From: Nitrospirales bacterium
Lineage (GTDB): Bacteria; Nitrospirota; Nitrospiria; Nitrospirales; UBA8639
Reading direction: 5' to 3'
NCBI GenBank assembly: GCA_965203295.1
Contig: CBDBCZ010000017.1
Span: 672,001-736,000, forward strand
Length of the DNA stretch: 64,000 bases
The notes beneath the pieces were generated by a model. It was not told the DNA's origin and did not search any database. It was given only the letters and a program-made list of their open reading frames with translations. The position numbers and the translations under genes are program-made. Below are positions 1 to 14,652 of the stretch, one piece after another; position 1 is the first letter of the stretch, and the number at the start of each line of letters is the position of its first letter.

Positions 1-3000
1 CGGAAAGTGCTACCTATCGGCATTCTCTGAGGGTGACCGATGAAACCAGCGGTGTTTACAGGTGTATTGTTATCAACTGGATGGGGTGTGCCAGTGCAGC
101 CATAAATTTCACTAGTATTCAGTTGATGGAGAACGAAATGTCACCAGAAGTAACTAGCAGATGTGAGTAGCTGTTTGTTAAGTTTTGTTTACGTAAATAA
201 ATGATTAAAAGCTATGTATTTGGAATAAAAAAAAGCAAGGAACGCGTAGGCAATACAACACAAGCAGGACAACATTTCTCCAGAAAAGGAAATACTAATA
301 AAGGACTAAAGTAGAGCACAACAATGATTTTTACTTTTAACCTTTTTACCAGTATAGGCCACTTTACTGCCCAAAGAAATAAAACAAAAGCCCATACTTT
401 ATACTAACGCCTTATATAAAAACACCATATAAATTTATATGGGCCTTATGGAAGCAGGTCTCTACTGGTGAAAGGGTTAAAGGAGTGACTGTGCCATACT
501 TTATACTAATTAACGCCTAATATAAAAACACCATATAAATTTATATGGGCCTTATGGAAGCAGGTCTCTACCGGTTCATGAAAGGGTTAAAGGAGTGACT
601 GTTAATTGTTGTTGCTGTTTACTGTATTGACTGAGAACCAATCTTATATTTTTAATTAGGTGCTTGGATGACATTCGATGAAAGACTAGTGTATAACAAC
701 AGTATCGTAAACAGGTACGACATATACACCCCAGACAGAGTTTCTCTGCAGTGCTGGACAGACGACAACACCACGACCAGTTGGTACTATCCCGATGGTA
801 CAGAGGTTCCCATCAATTCACCAACGGCTTTCTTTCAAACAAGTGGTGATAGAGTCAGCATCTTGAGCAGACACGGAGGTGGTGTGGATGGAGTATATAG
901 CTGTGTGGTACCAGGGCAGGATGGAGATGAACACACACTGTATATTGGTATCTACGGCAGTCCAGGTAAAAAATCGTGTGTTTGTAATGTATGCAATTAT
1001 TCTGTGGAGTATCTCTACCATGAATGCCCGCAGCAGCAGACTTTACATCATTTATATGCACTGTTAATTATATAACATAAATTCCAAACTCTATCTGCAG
1101 TGCATGAAATAAATACACCATTTTCTCATATGCACTGTTTTACACATAATTATAATTATGATGAATTTTGAATGTATTCCGCTTTAATCAATATCCAGGT
1201 ACTGTGGGTACACCATTCATAACTGATATTCAGTTTCAGCAACTGGACAATGAGACGGTAGTTCTAAATTGCTCTTCAACGGGAGGTCCGGCGTCTGAAA
1301 CATTTTGGACAAGAAACTGCATCCAGATCCAAAGCGACGAGAGTCACATCTTTTCCAAAGTACTGGTCGACAGTGAATCAGCTACGTATGAGAATACACT
1401 CCAAATCACCGGTGAATGTGTTGGGTTGTATCAGTGCATCGTGACGAACCCCAGGGGAGCAGCAATAGCAAACTACTCTTGCGGAGGGAATGATGCTCAT
1501 GATGCTGCTTGCAATAGTTGAGTACCTTTTTTGTCATTCGTGATCATTGCCCTTGCTTTCAATCCTGCAGCTAGCTAACATGTATGAATGGAAACGTTGT
1601 TTTTTATATATATAGCAGTGCTTTTCATCACATTTCACTATCAAATCTCTTCCAACGCAGGCGTCTGGATTACACACAATGACAGAGTACTCCCTAACAA
1701 CAGCATTGTAAACCTGGAAGATATTAACTTTCAGGGCAAAGGGACTTTGAAGTGCTGGACTAGCTGGTATTATTGCTGCAATGCCGCTTTCACTCTCGAT
1801 AACGAGTTCATCGGACACTGGTATCTTCCCAGTGGAGAGTCAGTAGGCTTTAAGAGTGACTACATCTACTCTGGAATTGACATTTACCGCTCAAGAATTC
1901 ACCAGGTGGTCTTACTGCACAGGAAGGAAGGAGGAACGGAAGGCATCTTCCACTGTTCCATTCCAAATGAGAATGGAGAAAATATCGACCTGTACGTGGG
2001 AATATATAAATCTTCAACTCCTGCTGGTAATGATCACAATTTTTTTATACACACTTACACCCTTTCTTCCACCCATACTAATGTTTGTGCTTTCCTTCTA
2101 AACGTATATTCACTCTTATAGGTATTCCTCTCGGAGTTGGGGTACCCCAGTTTGAAGTGCTAACTGAGACAGATGCTGAGAATCCTGTATTTTCTCTGAC
2201 GTGCATCTCTATTGGAGGACCTCCCACTTCCGTGAGCTGGACCAGAGATGGAGCTGGTATCCCAGATTCTGAGGAGGGAGGGAGCTACGTCACCTCTCAG
2301 ACGTGTATTGACACTGTCACTGCGACGTATTATAACCAACTGTGGATACACGGGAGATTGGAGGGTTTATATGAGTGCCTAGTTTCCAATGAAAAAGGAA
2401 CGTCTCCGACCATTGTTAGCTACTTGATGAAAGGTGAAGGACACACGTGTTCAGTGTAAACTTAGGAAATGTGTGCAGCCTAGATTGTAACTTGTAAATA
2501 ATTGAACAGAATTCTTTATTTCTTTTCAGCTCCTACTGCACCTGCTATCTTAACTGCATCACCAGCAGAAACATCAGTGGATATATCTTGGAGCAGCCAG
2601 CCAATGAATCACAGCGATTACAGCATCATTGATTTTTATGAGGTCCATGCCATCCCAGCGGAAGGATCGTGCACTGAGTTAAACACGAGCCACGTAGTGG
2701 TGGTTGTGGATGGTAGAAGCACAGATTGCACAGTAACGTCTTTGGAAGAAAATACCACATACATCTTTACTGTAGTAGCAGTCAATGGCATTGGTAGATC
2801 TAACTATAGTGGGGAGCAGCACGTCACGACATTACCTTCAGGTATGAATGGAGTGTTTTCAGTACACATATTACCTATGTTTACTCAAATGTCTTCATTT
2901 ACCTGTACAATAATATTCAATGGGAGTTTATACCGTGTATGTATTCAGAGAATAGGACTCCTGGAGCTACAGTTATGAAATCACAATGATATACTGGTGT

Positions 3001-6000
3001 AATGCTTGTCCCTTACTTTGTGGGGCTTTACTATGTACTACTACTATTAGAGTGTTTGGCTTCCGTTAGTAATGCTTTATTTGTACAACAGTCACAGGAT
3101 CTAGCCTCAAACCTTGTCCTTCCCAGCTCTCGCAAAAAAAATGTCAACGCCCAAGAGCAGTGTTCGTCTTTTTTTTTTTTTGTGCGTGCGGGGAAGACCT
3201 TGGTTCAAGGCTACCACAGATCATGCTTTATGCAATCTTAGTGATACAACTGTCTCTTATTTTATAGTTCCTTCCGGTGCTCCTGAAGCTGTGACAAGCA
3301 CAGCCACATCTTCAACCAGCATTCTTATCCAATGGCAACCAGTGCGCTGCATACATCGCAACAGCGATATAGCAAGCTACCTATTGCAGATTGATAGCGC
3401 TTCCACAACAGAGTCTGCGAATAGCCACAATCAGGACTATGAGTTTACTGGCCTGAATACCTACACCAACTACTCTATCAAAGTGGCAGCGGAGAATGTT
3501 TATGGAGATACTGGTCCATTTAGTGAGAGTACGACAACAGAGACACCCGAAGATGGTGAGACTGCTTTTAGCGGTGATATGATCACTGCTTAGGTATATA
3601 CGTATAACCCTTATCCACTCCCACTGCTAAATTAATGAAACCGTCATCATGAGAAACCATTAATCACAGACTCAATTTGTTAATCATCAGACTACAATGC
3701 TTTGTGTATAATTTTGGGTGTTGTTTTGAATATTAGCCTCGTACCCAACCGCCCACACTGAAAATTATACAAAATTTCAATGAATTTATAGGTATATATC
3801 TAAGTATAAATTGTGTCAATGACTTTACTTAATCAACATAATGAATAACAACAATTATCTATGTCTATATATATATATATATCATTCAGTCCCAGGGCCT
3901 GTACATCTCCTATCAGCTACTCCTCTACTGACGGCAATACAAATCACATGGCTTACACCTCGTGTGCAGAATGGTGTCATTATTACATATGAGGTCATGT
4001 ATGAAGGACCACAGGAGAGTGAATCAGTGAACACCACCGAACTATCATTTGCACTGACCGACCTTGAACCAAACAGTAGCTACGTCTTTACTGTCAGTGG
4101 ATACACTCGGGCAGGACGTGGTGATAATGTAACAGTGAACAGCACACCAATTGACCACAGTAAGCTACCATGCATGCAACAATACTTAAATATTAGAGAG
4201 AGTTCCATACCCCATGCATGCAGTCTCTATCCAATTATACATCTGTGTTCAGTGCTGCATATAGGACAATCAAGAGGGTATACTATTGGTGTTAATGGGT
4301 TACATATTAGGCGTCGTTCCATACCCCATGCATGTTCAGTGTTACATATAGGACAACCAAGGGGGTATACTATCGGCGGTGTTAATGGGTTTTAATTAAA
4401 TATTAGGAACAGTTCTATATATCTCATGTATGTGTGCAGTCTCTATCCCATTATACATCAGTGTAGCCTCATTCCCAGGCTCTACTGACCAGCTTTTTTT
4501 GCACGTAGTAAAATAAGCGGTCAGAGAAAAAAAGCTGGTCATTAGAGCCGGGGAACGAGGCTACATCAGTGTTCAGTGCTACATATATGACACAGTAATA
4601 AAACGTAGTCTAGTGTGCTACTGTAGTAAATGGCATAATGAACTTCTTCCTCACAGTTGTGGTTGAGAACGTACAAACAGAACAGATAGATGAACACTCC
4701 ATTTTAGTGATATGGAATGAGCTGGATATACCAGGTTCAACCGTTGTGAACTACACAGTCTACTACAGCAGTTTATCAGTCACGGTAACCACGAGGACCA
4801 CAACTGTACCTGACGACTCCACTCAGGAGTTCCCACCAAATGTCACTCATGGCATTTTTCGAGAACTGGACTCAAACCACAGGTATCAGTTTCAGGTGAC
4901 TGCAACTGTGGAGGTTGCTGGCTACATTGTGGAAAGCAAGAAGTCCGTGGTGACAGACTATTCAGTGGTAACTATCGCCCCAGTTCCTCCATCTGCTAAC
5001 ACTATTTGCCTCAAGCCAGCAAGTCTCGGAGGAGTAGTTGTCGGCATCTTTGCCTTCACTACCTTCATTTTCCTAGTAGCCTTCCTGATTGTTACCTGCA
5101 TTGTGAAGCGAGGAAAAGGTAAAGTATATAACACTGTAGCTGCATGAAATTAAATGTGACATTATATTCCAGGACTCGTTCCAGCAGAAGGCTTGGTTTA
5201 ACATCTTACAACAGAATTATGTATCATCAGTATAAAAGCTAGGTGTGAGCGCTTGATCCAGCCCTGTTGTATAACCTCGTGTAAGCAATAATGCCATGCA
5301 GTGCCCTGGGGTCCAGGGTCTAAGTTAAGCCCTAAGTAAGGTTTTCTACGGTGGCCGACAGAGTCATTTCTCGTTCATCCTCACTGTTCACTGCTAAGCG
5401 ATTTGACCCCGGGGGGCGCTAAGCGATTCGACCTCACTGTTCACCGCTCACTGCTCACCGCTTACGGCTCATCGCTAAGCGATTCGTCTCCAAACTGATT
5501 CACTACGAAAGTGAATCCACCCTGAGCCTTGATTAGTGATTAAATAAAGGAGCTGAACGAACGGGCTTAATTAGCAAGCCACGTACGAATACCACCCGTG
5601 GAGGCCTAGCGTGTCTGTGATTCTGACTATGGAAGATATAGGGTAGCTAGCGCAATAGACAGCCACAATCATGCAGGAGTTAAACTCGCATCATGAACGG
5701 TGAACAGTGTGGGTCGAATCGCTTAGCGGGGAACCGTAAGCGGTGAACAGTGTGGGTCGAATCGCTTAGCGGTGAACCGTAAACGGTGAACAGTGATGGT
5801 CGAATTGCTTAGCCGTGAAGAGTGAATGGTGAGGATCGAATCGCTTAGCGGTGAACAGTGAGGGTCCCCCTCGACCCTCACTGTTCACCGCTAAGTGATT
5901 CGACCCACACTGTTCACCGTTCATGATGCAAGTTTAACTACATAATAATGCTATCAATCCTGCATGATTGTGGCTGTCTATTGCGCTAGCTACCTTATAT

Positions 6001-6952
6001 CTTGTTCACTGTTCACTGCTATGCGATTCCACCCTAAGCGATTGGAGCCTCACCGCTAATTGATTCGGCCCTAAGACTCACCACTCGCCGCTCACAGCTA
6101 AGCGATTCGACCCTAAGCGATTCATGAGCATTATTCAAAGGCAGCCTTCCCCTTTAAAGGTGCCAAGAGACACATGTAGCATGCAGTAAGAATGTGCTAG
6201 AGTATACATGTAAACATACGCATGCCTAGTAGTCTAACAGCATGGAGAGAACACTACATGGGATTTTGATTCGTGACACTCACCTTTCCCGACATATCAT
6301 TAAGTAGACCTGCTTCCTCTTAAGCTTTCATGGACAGCCATGCTGCGATATCTTCTAACCCTACCTCAGATACACTGCTATACAAACATGATGCGAGTTT
6401 AACTACATAATAATCCTGCATGATTGTGGCTGTCTATAGCGCTAGCTACCTTTTATCTTCCATAGTCAGAATCACAGACACACTAGGCCTCCACGGGTGG
6501 TATTCGTAGCTACGTGGCTTACTAATTAAGCCCAGCTCTCCTTTATTTAAAGGCTCAGGGTCGATTCGCTTTCGTAGTGAATCAGTTTGGAGTCGAATTG
6601 CTTAGCGGTGAGCGGTGAGCAGTGAGCGGTGAACAGTGAGGTCGAATCGCTTAGCGGTGAATAGTGAGGATGAACGAGAAATGACTCTGTCGGCCACCGT
6701 AGTTGTCACCAGGGTCTAAGTTAAGCCCTAAGGAAGGTTTTCACCACTGGGGTCCAGGGTCTAAGTTAAGCCCTAAGATTTTCACCCCCTTTTTTTTCCT
6801 TCTGGGGTAAGAACTAGGCATACTTTTTTCGTATTTTGTCTATTTTAGTCATGCAAAGTGTTCATTATTATTACTCAGTGGAAGTACAGAAGCGTCCAGT
6901 GGTCAGAAGGAGAAAACCTCCAACAGCACCGAAAACCGAGACGGAATCATAA
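1..6952 (+). CDS. Ig-like/FN3 single-pass receptor, tandem copy 1 (5' part outside window; multi-exon)
   Basis: Phase-1 exons at approx. <1-162, 660-965, 1199-1516, 1661-2026, 2122-2433, 2530-2841, 3268-3555, 3890-4160, 4657-5118 and a probable last exon 6879-6952. Ig-like exons have C...W.YP.G...G.Y.C or C.S.GGP...W.R...G.Y.C. FN3 exons have W...Y...L.P/E.T.Y...V.A. TM segment: LGGVVVGIFAFTTFIFLVAFLIVTCIV. Last exon uncertain. Confidence 0.85.
4464..4563. mobile_element. TAGCCTC-terminated hairpin MITE (paralogous copy 13517-13617)
   Basis: TAGCCTCATTCCCAGGCTC...GAGCCGGGGAACGAGGCTA inverted ends, flanked by direct repeat CATCAGTG on both sides. Confidence 0.85.
5346..6702. mobile_element. 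Non-autonomous foldback/TIR DNA element in last intron of receptor copy 1
   Basis: Starts CTACGGTGGCCGACAGAGTCATTTCTCGTTCATCCTCACT and ends with its reverse complement. Long imperfect TIRs, internal GCTAAGCGATTCGAC subrepeats, no ORF. Absent from the equivalent intron of copy 2 (~14380). Confidence 0.9.
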
Positions 6953-8009
6953 GTAGCGCAAAAGAATTCCTTATTATTTTATTGTACACATACTGGCCTG
7001 TCAGATCTGATGAAATTCCGTTAACTATGTGACTCTTTTGACGCACTGAAGCAAAGTGGGCAGGGGAGGGCCCTTGTCATGTGCAAATGGTTGCTAAAAT
7101 TCTGCAATGTTATATTGTCTGTAGCTATGTAGAACATGATGACACTGTGCTATTAGTCATGCACTTGTAAGATGATATATAGGTCTGGGGGGACACGCCC
7201 TTTCAATTTCTTTGAAAGAGAATGTTTACTGTTTTCAGCATTATATTTCTACACAAAATATAGGCATCCCAAGTGCTAAAAACACCAGAGAGAGGAGCTC
7301 TGGCTATAGGAGTCATCATGCTGGTATAGTATTACAAAATCCTTGCAGGTCAATTTGGCATTGAGGCTTGTAAAGTAGCTACATGTAGCATAACGAGAAA
7401 ATCTGTTTCCTCAACTTTTATTGTGAAATGTCATCTAATGATTATGGCTTACCAGACCCAAGTTCATTAAGCGGCTTCTTATTTTTCTATTGTTCAAGAA
7501 GGGTTTTCTGCAGTGTGGATCATGTATAGCCACAGCTATTCAATGGTGCTGCAACGGTCTAGTCTCAGACAGCTATAGTCAGTCTGGCAGGCGCAGGGTG
7601 CTCTCATTAGGCAGGCGCCCGAACTATATCCCAAATAACTGGTTGTGCACGATTTTGCACCGCATAATAATTATCGCTATAGACAGTGCTAGTAAACACG
7701 TATTCTGGCAACGAATGCCCTCGGGACTTACGGTAGACGAGGTAGAGAGACGCCTTCAGTTCTACTCATCCCGGCTCCTTAGACTTTACAGATCTGGGTC
7801 ACTTCCATGGTAACTTGGGTCCGGGAACGCCCACTATTGATGGTGGGAGGGGCTGCGGCATGCCAGGCCGGCCGGTCCATAATTCATATCTCAAAAAAAA
7901 AAATTGGCGCGAATTTGTCGCTTACGTCATGCGATTCATAACGGCCGGCCAGCCGCGCTCAACGATATCGATACCAACTGGCGGCCATGGTAACGTCTTC
8001 GAGAGCGCA

Positions 8010-11000
8010 ATGGAGCACCCCAGAGTCAGTGTCGTAGCTGCTGCGTTGATCACAATACTACTAGTACTGCAGCCACACAGTTGCCAGAGGTAACGTACAA
8101 CCCATATAAAGCTAGCATAGTCATAGTGTGTATGAGCGCAAGTGTTCAGTCCACCATGCATAGATAGTAGTGTGCATACGAGTCCACCCTACAGGGCGTC
8201 CGGTTAGGTATCGCATCAACAATTCTCATTGTCATAGTTAGAACATTGTTATACTTGTTTATTCAATTTCCGTTAGAGACAGTACGTTAGCATTCACTTA
8301 TTTTTAGGGTTTGAGTTACTACATGTAGGTTAGGGTTAGGGTTGGGTTAATAGAGTTTGGTTAGAGGCTAGGAAGCTAATCGTTGGGTTTAGCACTGGCT
8401 ACAGAGCTTCATTTTCAAGCTATTCACTAGTTCACGAGTGTACATGTGCATGCATTCCCTATACAAATGTACATGTACATGCTAACGTAATGTCTCTAAC
8501 GGCTTGTGTTTATTCTACAGCTACAATCCTACTGAGGGAGTTCATATCAACCTGGAAAGCAGAGGAGTCCCAAACCACGGCGTTTTGAACCAAGCTGACA
8601 TAGGAACGGCAGAAGATAGCATCCTACACTGCCGCTCTGACAGTCCACGAGCGGACATTGGAACATGGTTTTATCCCAATGGAAGCGAGATCAGTTTCGA
8701 GAGCGAGGGAGAGATACTCTATCAGGAGAGAGGGGTTGGTGTGGTGAGTCTGTATTCCACGAGCAACACCAGTATTCCGGAGGGCGTCTATAGTTGCGTA
8801 ATGCCAGCAGAAGATGGAGAAATACATTCAGCATATGTTGGAATATATGCTGAAGATTCAGGTATCTCAGCTTAACTCATGAGTTCTTAACCTTTGAATT
8901 AGGGCCTCTCTTTTACCCTGCCTTTACTGAAACTAACTGTAGGCTTGCTTGTAAATTAATGTAGATGCACAACTTCTAACTATTAGGTGCTCCGGTCATT
9001 TTAGAAGAAATATCCTTCCTTGCACTGACCACTATGGACGCTGCCACTCCAGTGTTTACCCTGACCTTGACATCAAGTGGGGGGCCCGCCCCATTAGTCG
9101 TTTGGACTAGAGACTGTGTTCCGTTTCAAAGTGACAGCACACATGTCCAATCAATGACACTGCTGGACCCGGAAAGTGCTACCTATCGGCATTCTCTGAG
9201 GGTGACCGATGAAACCAGCGGTGTTTACAGGTGTATTGTTATCAACTGGATGGGGTGTGCCAGTGCAGCCATAAATTTCACTAGTATTCAGTTGATGGAG
9301 AATGAAACATCACCAGAAGTAACTAGCAGATGTGAGTAGCTGTTTGTTAAAATTTTGTTTACGTAAATAAAATTATGATTAAAAGCTATGTATTTGGAAT
9401 AAAAAAGCAAGGAATGCGTAGGAAATACAACACAAGCACGACAACATTTCTCCAGAAAAGGAAATACTAATAAAGGACTAAAGTAGAGCACAACAAGGAT
9501 TATTACTTTTAACCCTTTCACTGGTATAGGCCACTTTACTGCCCAAAGAAACAAAACAAAAGCCCATACTTTATACTAACGCCCAATATAAAAACGCCAT
9601 ATAAATTTATATGGGCCTTATGGAAGCAGATCTCTACCGGTTCATGAAAGGGTTAAAGGAGTGACTGTTAATTGTTGTTGCTGTTTACTGTATTGACTGA
9701 GAACAAATCTTATATTTTTAATTAGGTGCTTGGATGACATTCAACGAAAGACTAGTGTATAACAACAGTATCGTAAACAGGTACGACATATACACCCCAG
9801 ACAGAGTTTCTGTGCAGTGCTGGACAGACGACAACACCACGACCAGTTGGTACTATCCCGATGGTACAGAGGTTCCCATCAATTCACCAACAGGTTTCTT
9901 TCAAACAAGTGGTGATAGAGTCAGCATCTTGAGCAGACACGGAGGTGGTGTGCAGGGAGTATATAGCTGTGTGGTACCAGGGCAGGATGGAGATGAACAC
10001 ACACTGTATATTGGTATCTACGGCAGTCCAGGTAAAAAATCGTGTATTTGTAATGTATGCAATTATTCTGTGGAGTATCTCTACCATGAATGCCTGCGGC
10101 ATCAGACTTTACATCATTTATATGCACTGTTAATTATATAACATAAATTCCAACCTCTACCTACAGTGCATGAAATAAATACACCATTTTCTCATATGCA
10201 CTGTTTTACACATAATTATAATTATGATGAATTTTGAATGTATTCTGCTTTAATCAATTTCCAGGTACTGTGGGTACACCATTCATAACTGATATCCAGT
10301 TTCAGCAACTGGACAATGAGACGGTAGTTCTAAATTGCTCTTCAACGGGAGGTCCGGCGTCTGAAACATTTTGGACAAGAAACTGCATCCAGATCCAAAG
10401 CGACGAGAGTCACATCTTTTCCAAAGTACTGGTCGACAGTGAATCAGCTACGTATGAGAATACACTCCAAATCACCGGTGAATGTGTTGGGTTGTATCAG
10501 TGCATCGTGACGAACCCCAGGGGAGCAGCAATAGCAAACTACTCTTGCGGAGGGAACGATGCTCATGATGCTGCTTGCAATAGTTGAGTACCTTTTTTGT
10601 CATTCGTGATCACTGCCCTTGCTTTCAATCCTGCAGCTAGCTAACATGTATATGAATGGAAATATATATTTTTATATATATATATATATAGCAGTGCTTT
10701 TCATCACATTTCACTATCAAATCCTTTCCAACCCAGGCGTCTGGATTACACACAATGACAGAGTACTCCCTAACAACAGCATTGTAAATCTGGAAGATAT
10801 TAACTTTCAGGGCAAAGGGACTTTGAAGTGCTGGACTAGCTGGTATTATTGCTGCAATACCCATTTTACTCTCGATAACGAGTTCATCGGACACTGGTAT
10901 CTTCCCAGTGGAGAGTCAGTAGGCTTTAAGAGTGACTACATCTACTCTGGAATTGACATTTACCGCTCAAGAATTCACCAGGTGGTCTTACTGTACAGGA

Positions 11001-14000
11001 AGGAAGGAGGAACAGAAGGCATCTTCCACTGTTCCATTCCAAATGAGAATGGAGAAAATATCGACCTGTACGTGGGAATATATAAATCTTCAACTCCTAC
11101 TGGTAATGATCACAATTTTTTTATACACACCTACACCCTTTCTTCCACCCATACTAATGTTTGTGCTTTCCTTCTAAACTTATATTCACTCTTATAGGTA
11201 TTCCTCTTGGAGTTGGGGTACCCCAGTTTGAAGTGCTAACTGAGACAGATGCTGAGAATCCTATATTTTCTCTGACGTGCATCTCTATTGGAGGACCTCC
11301 CACTTCCGTGAGCTGGACCAGAGATGGAGCTGGTATCCCAGATTCTGAGGAGGGAGGGAGCTACGTCACCTCTCAGACGTGTATCGACACTGTCACTGCA
11401 ACGTATTATAACCAACTGTGGATACACGGGAGATTGGAGGGTTTATATGAGTGCCTAGTTTCCAATGAAAAAGGAACGTCTCCGACCATTGTTAGCTACT
11501 TGATGAAAGGTGAAGGACACACGTGTTCAGTGTAAACTTAGGAAATGTGTACAGCCTATATATAGCTAGATTGTAACTTGTAAATAACAGAACAGAATTC
11601 TTTCTTTCTTTTCAGCTCCTACTGCACCTGCTATCTTAACTGCATCACCAGCAGAAACATCAGTGGATATATCTTGGAGCAGCCAGCCAATGAATCACAG
11701 CGATTACAGCATCATTGATTTTTATGAGGTCCATGCCATCCCAGCGGAAGGATCGTGCACTGAGTTAAATACGAGCAACGTAGTGGTGGTTGTGGATGGT
11801 AGGAGCACTCATTGCACAGTAACGTCTTTGGAAGAAAATACCACATACATCTTTACTGTAGTAGCAGTCAATGGCATTGGTAGATCTAACTATAGTGGGG
11901 AGCAGCACATCACGACATTACCTTCAGGTATGTATGCCGTGTTTTCACTACACATAATACCTATGTTTACTCAAATGTCTTAATTTACCAGTACAATAAT
12001 CAAAGGGAGTTTATACCATATATGTATTCGGAGAATAGGAGCTACGTACAGTTATGAAATCACAATGATGTACTGATGTAATGCTCGTCCCTTACTTTGT
12101 GGGGCTTTTCTGCCACTATTAGAGTGTTTAGCTTCCGTTAGTAATGCTTTATTTGTACAAACAGTCACAGGATCTAGCCTCAAACCTTGTCCTTCCCAGA
12201 CCTTGTCACTCGCAAAAAAAGTCAATGACCAAGAACATTTTCCGTTATTGTTTTTTTTTCGTGTGGGAATACCTAGGTTCGAGGCTACCATGAATCCTTT
12301 TTTATGTGTTAATTCTTGCTAGTGATACAACTGTCTCTTATTTATAGTTCCTTCCGGTGCCCCTGAAGCTGTGACAAGCACAGCCACATCTTCAACCAGC
12401 ATTCTTGTCCAATGGCAACCAGTGCGCTGCATTCATCGCAACAGCGATATAGCAAGCTACCTATTGCAGATTGATAGCGCTTCCACAACAGAGTCTGCGA
12501 ATAGCCACAATCAGGACTATGAGTTTACTGGCCTGAATACCTACACCAACTACTCTATCAAAGTGGCAGCGGAGAATGTTTATGGAGATACTGGTCCATT
12601 TAGTGAGAGTACGACAACAGAGACACACGAAGATGGTGAGACTGCTTTTAGCGGTGATATGATCACTGCTTAGGTATATACGTATAACCCTTATCCACTC
12701 CCACTGCTGAATTAATGAAACCGTCATCATGAGAAACCATTAATCACAGACTCAATTTGCTAATCATCAGACTACAATGCTTTGTGTATAATTTTGGGTG
12801 TTGTTTTGAATATTAGCCTCGTACCCAACCGCCCACACTGAAAATTATACAAAATTTCAAGGAACTTATAGGTATATCTAAGTATAAATTGCGTCAATGA
12901 CTTTACTTAATTAATCAACATAATATGAATAACAACAATTATCTATGTCTATATATATATATATCATTCAGTCCCAGGGCCTGTACATCTCCTATTAGCT
13001 ACTCCTCTACTGACGGCAATACAAATCACATGGCTTACACCTCGTGTGCAGAATGGTGTCATTATTACATATGAGGTCGTGTATGAAGGACCACAGGATA
13101 GCGGATCAGTGAACACCACCGAGCTATCATTTGCACTGACCGACCTTGAACCAAACAGTAGCTACATCTTTACTGTCAGTGGATACACTCGGGTGGGACG
13201 TGGTGATAATGTAACAGTGAACAGCACACCGATTGACCACAGTAAGTTACCATGCATGCAACAATACTTACATATTAGAGAGAGTTCCATACCCCATTCA
13301 TGTAGTCTCTATCCAAATATACATCTGTGATCAGTGCTACAATCAAGAGGGTATACTATTGGTGTTAATGGGTTGCATATTAGGCGTCGTTCCATACCCC
13401 ATGCATGTTCAGTGTTACATATAGGACAACCAAGGGGGTGTTAATGGATTAAATATTAGGAACAGTTTTATATACCCCATGTATGCGTGCAGTCTCTATC
13501 CCATTATACATCAGTGTAGCCTCATTCCCAGGCTCTACTGACCAGCTTTTTTTTGCACGTAGTAAAATAAGCGGTCAGAGAAAAAAAGCTGGTCAATAGA
13601 GCCGGGAAACGAGGCTGCATCAGTGTTCAGTGCTACATATATGACACAGTAATAAAACGTAGTCTAGTGTGCTATTGTAGTAAATGGCATAATGAACTTC
13701 TTCCTCACAGTTGTGGTTGAGAACGTACAAACAGAACAGATAGATGAACACTCCATTATAGTGATGTGGAATGAGCTGGATATACCAGGTTCAACCGTTG
13801 TGAACTATACAGTCTACTACAGCAGTTTATCAGACACGGTTACCACGAGGACCACAACTGTACCCGACGACTCCACTCAGGAATTCCCACCAAATGTCAC
13901 TCATGGCATTTTTCGAGAACTGGACTCAAACCACAGGTATCAGTTTCAGGTGACTGCAACTGTTGAGGTTGCCGGCTACATTGTGGAAAGCAAGAAATCC

Positions 14001-14652
14001 GCGGTGACAGACTATTCCGTGGTAACTATCGCCCCAGTTCCTCCATCTGCTAACACTATTTGCCTCAAGCCAGCAAGTCTCGGAGGAGTAGTTGTCGGCA
14101 TCTTTGCCTTCACTACCTTCATTTTCCTAGTAGCCTTCCTGATTGTTACCTGCATTGTGAAGCGAGGAAAAGGTAAAGTATATAACACTGTAGCTGCATG
14201 AAATTTAATGTGACATTATATTCCAGGACTTGTTCCAGCAAAGGCTTGGTTTAACATCTTACAACAGAATTATGTATCATCAGTATAAAAGCTAGGTGTG
14301 AGCGCTTGATCCAGCCCTGTTGTATGACCTCGTGTAAGCAATAATGCCATGCAGTGCCCTGAGGTCCAGGGTCTAAGTTAAGCCCTAAGGTTTTCACCCC
14401 TGGGGTCCAGGATCTAAGTTAAGCCCCTAAGGTTTTCACCCCTGGGGTCCAGGATCTAAGTTAAGCCCTAAGGTTTTCACCCCTTCTTTTTATTTCTGGG
14501 GTAAGAATGAGGTATACTTTTTTCGTGTTTTGTCTATTTTAGTCATGCAAAGTGTTCATTACTATTACTCAGTGGAAGTACAGAAGCGTTCAGTGGTCAG
14601 AAGGAGAAAACCGCCGCCAACTGCACCGAAACCGAGACGGAATCGTAAGTAG
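8010..14652 (+). CDS. Ig-like/FN3 single-pass receptor, tandem copy 2 (signal peptide, 6 Ig-like, 4 FN3, TM, short basic/proline-rich tail)
   Basis: Exons 8010-8089 (signal peptide MEHPRVSVVAAALITILLVLQPHSCQ), 8521-8861, 8987-9331, 9726-10031, 10265-~10582, 10737-11102, 11198-11509, 11616-11927, 12348-12635, 12972-13241, 13711-14172 and probable 14573-14652. GT-AG boundaries keep the frame. Near-identical to copy 1. Confidence 0.88.
9513..9652. mobile_element. piggyBac-like MITE (paralogous, partly duplicated copy at ~340-590)
   Basis: TTAA|CCCTTTCA...TGAAAGGG|TTAA: CCC/GGG termini with a TTAA target duplication. Confidence 0.65.

Noticed and set aside
5346..6702. Autonomous transposon or transposase gene
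   Set aside because: No ORF of useful length here, and no transposase or reverse transcriptase was recognised anywhere in the window.
5119..7900. Kinase or phosphatase domain downstream of the Ig/FN3 receptor TM
   Set aside because: No catalytic motifs in any frame after either copy; copy 2 is followed within ~550 bp by TTLL1.
8325..8350. TTAGGG runs (also ~20995-21021, 47330-47351) as telomere remnants
   Set aside because: Only 2-4 degenerate units, intronic; too short to support.
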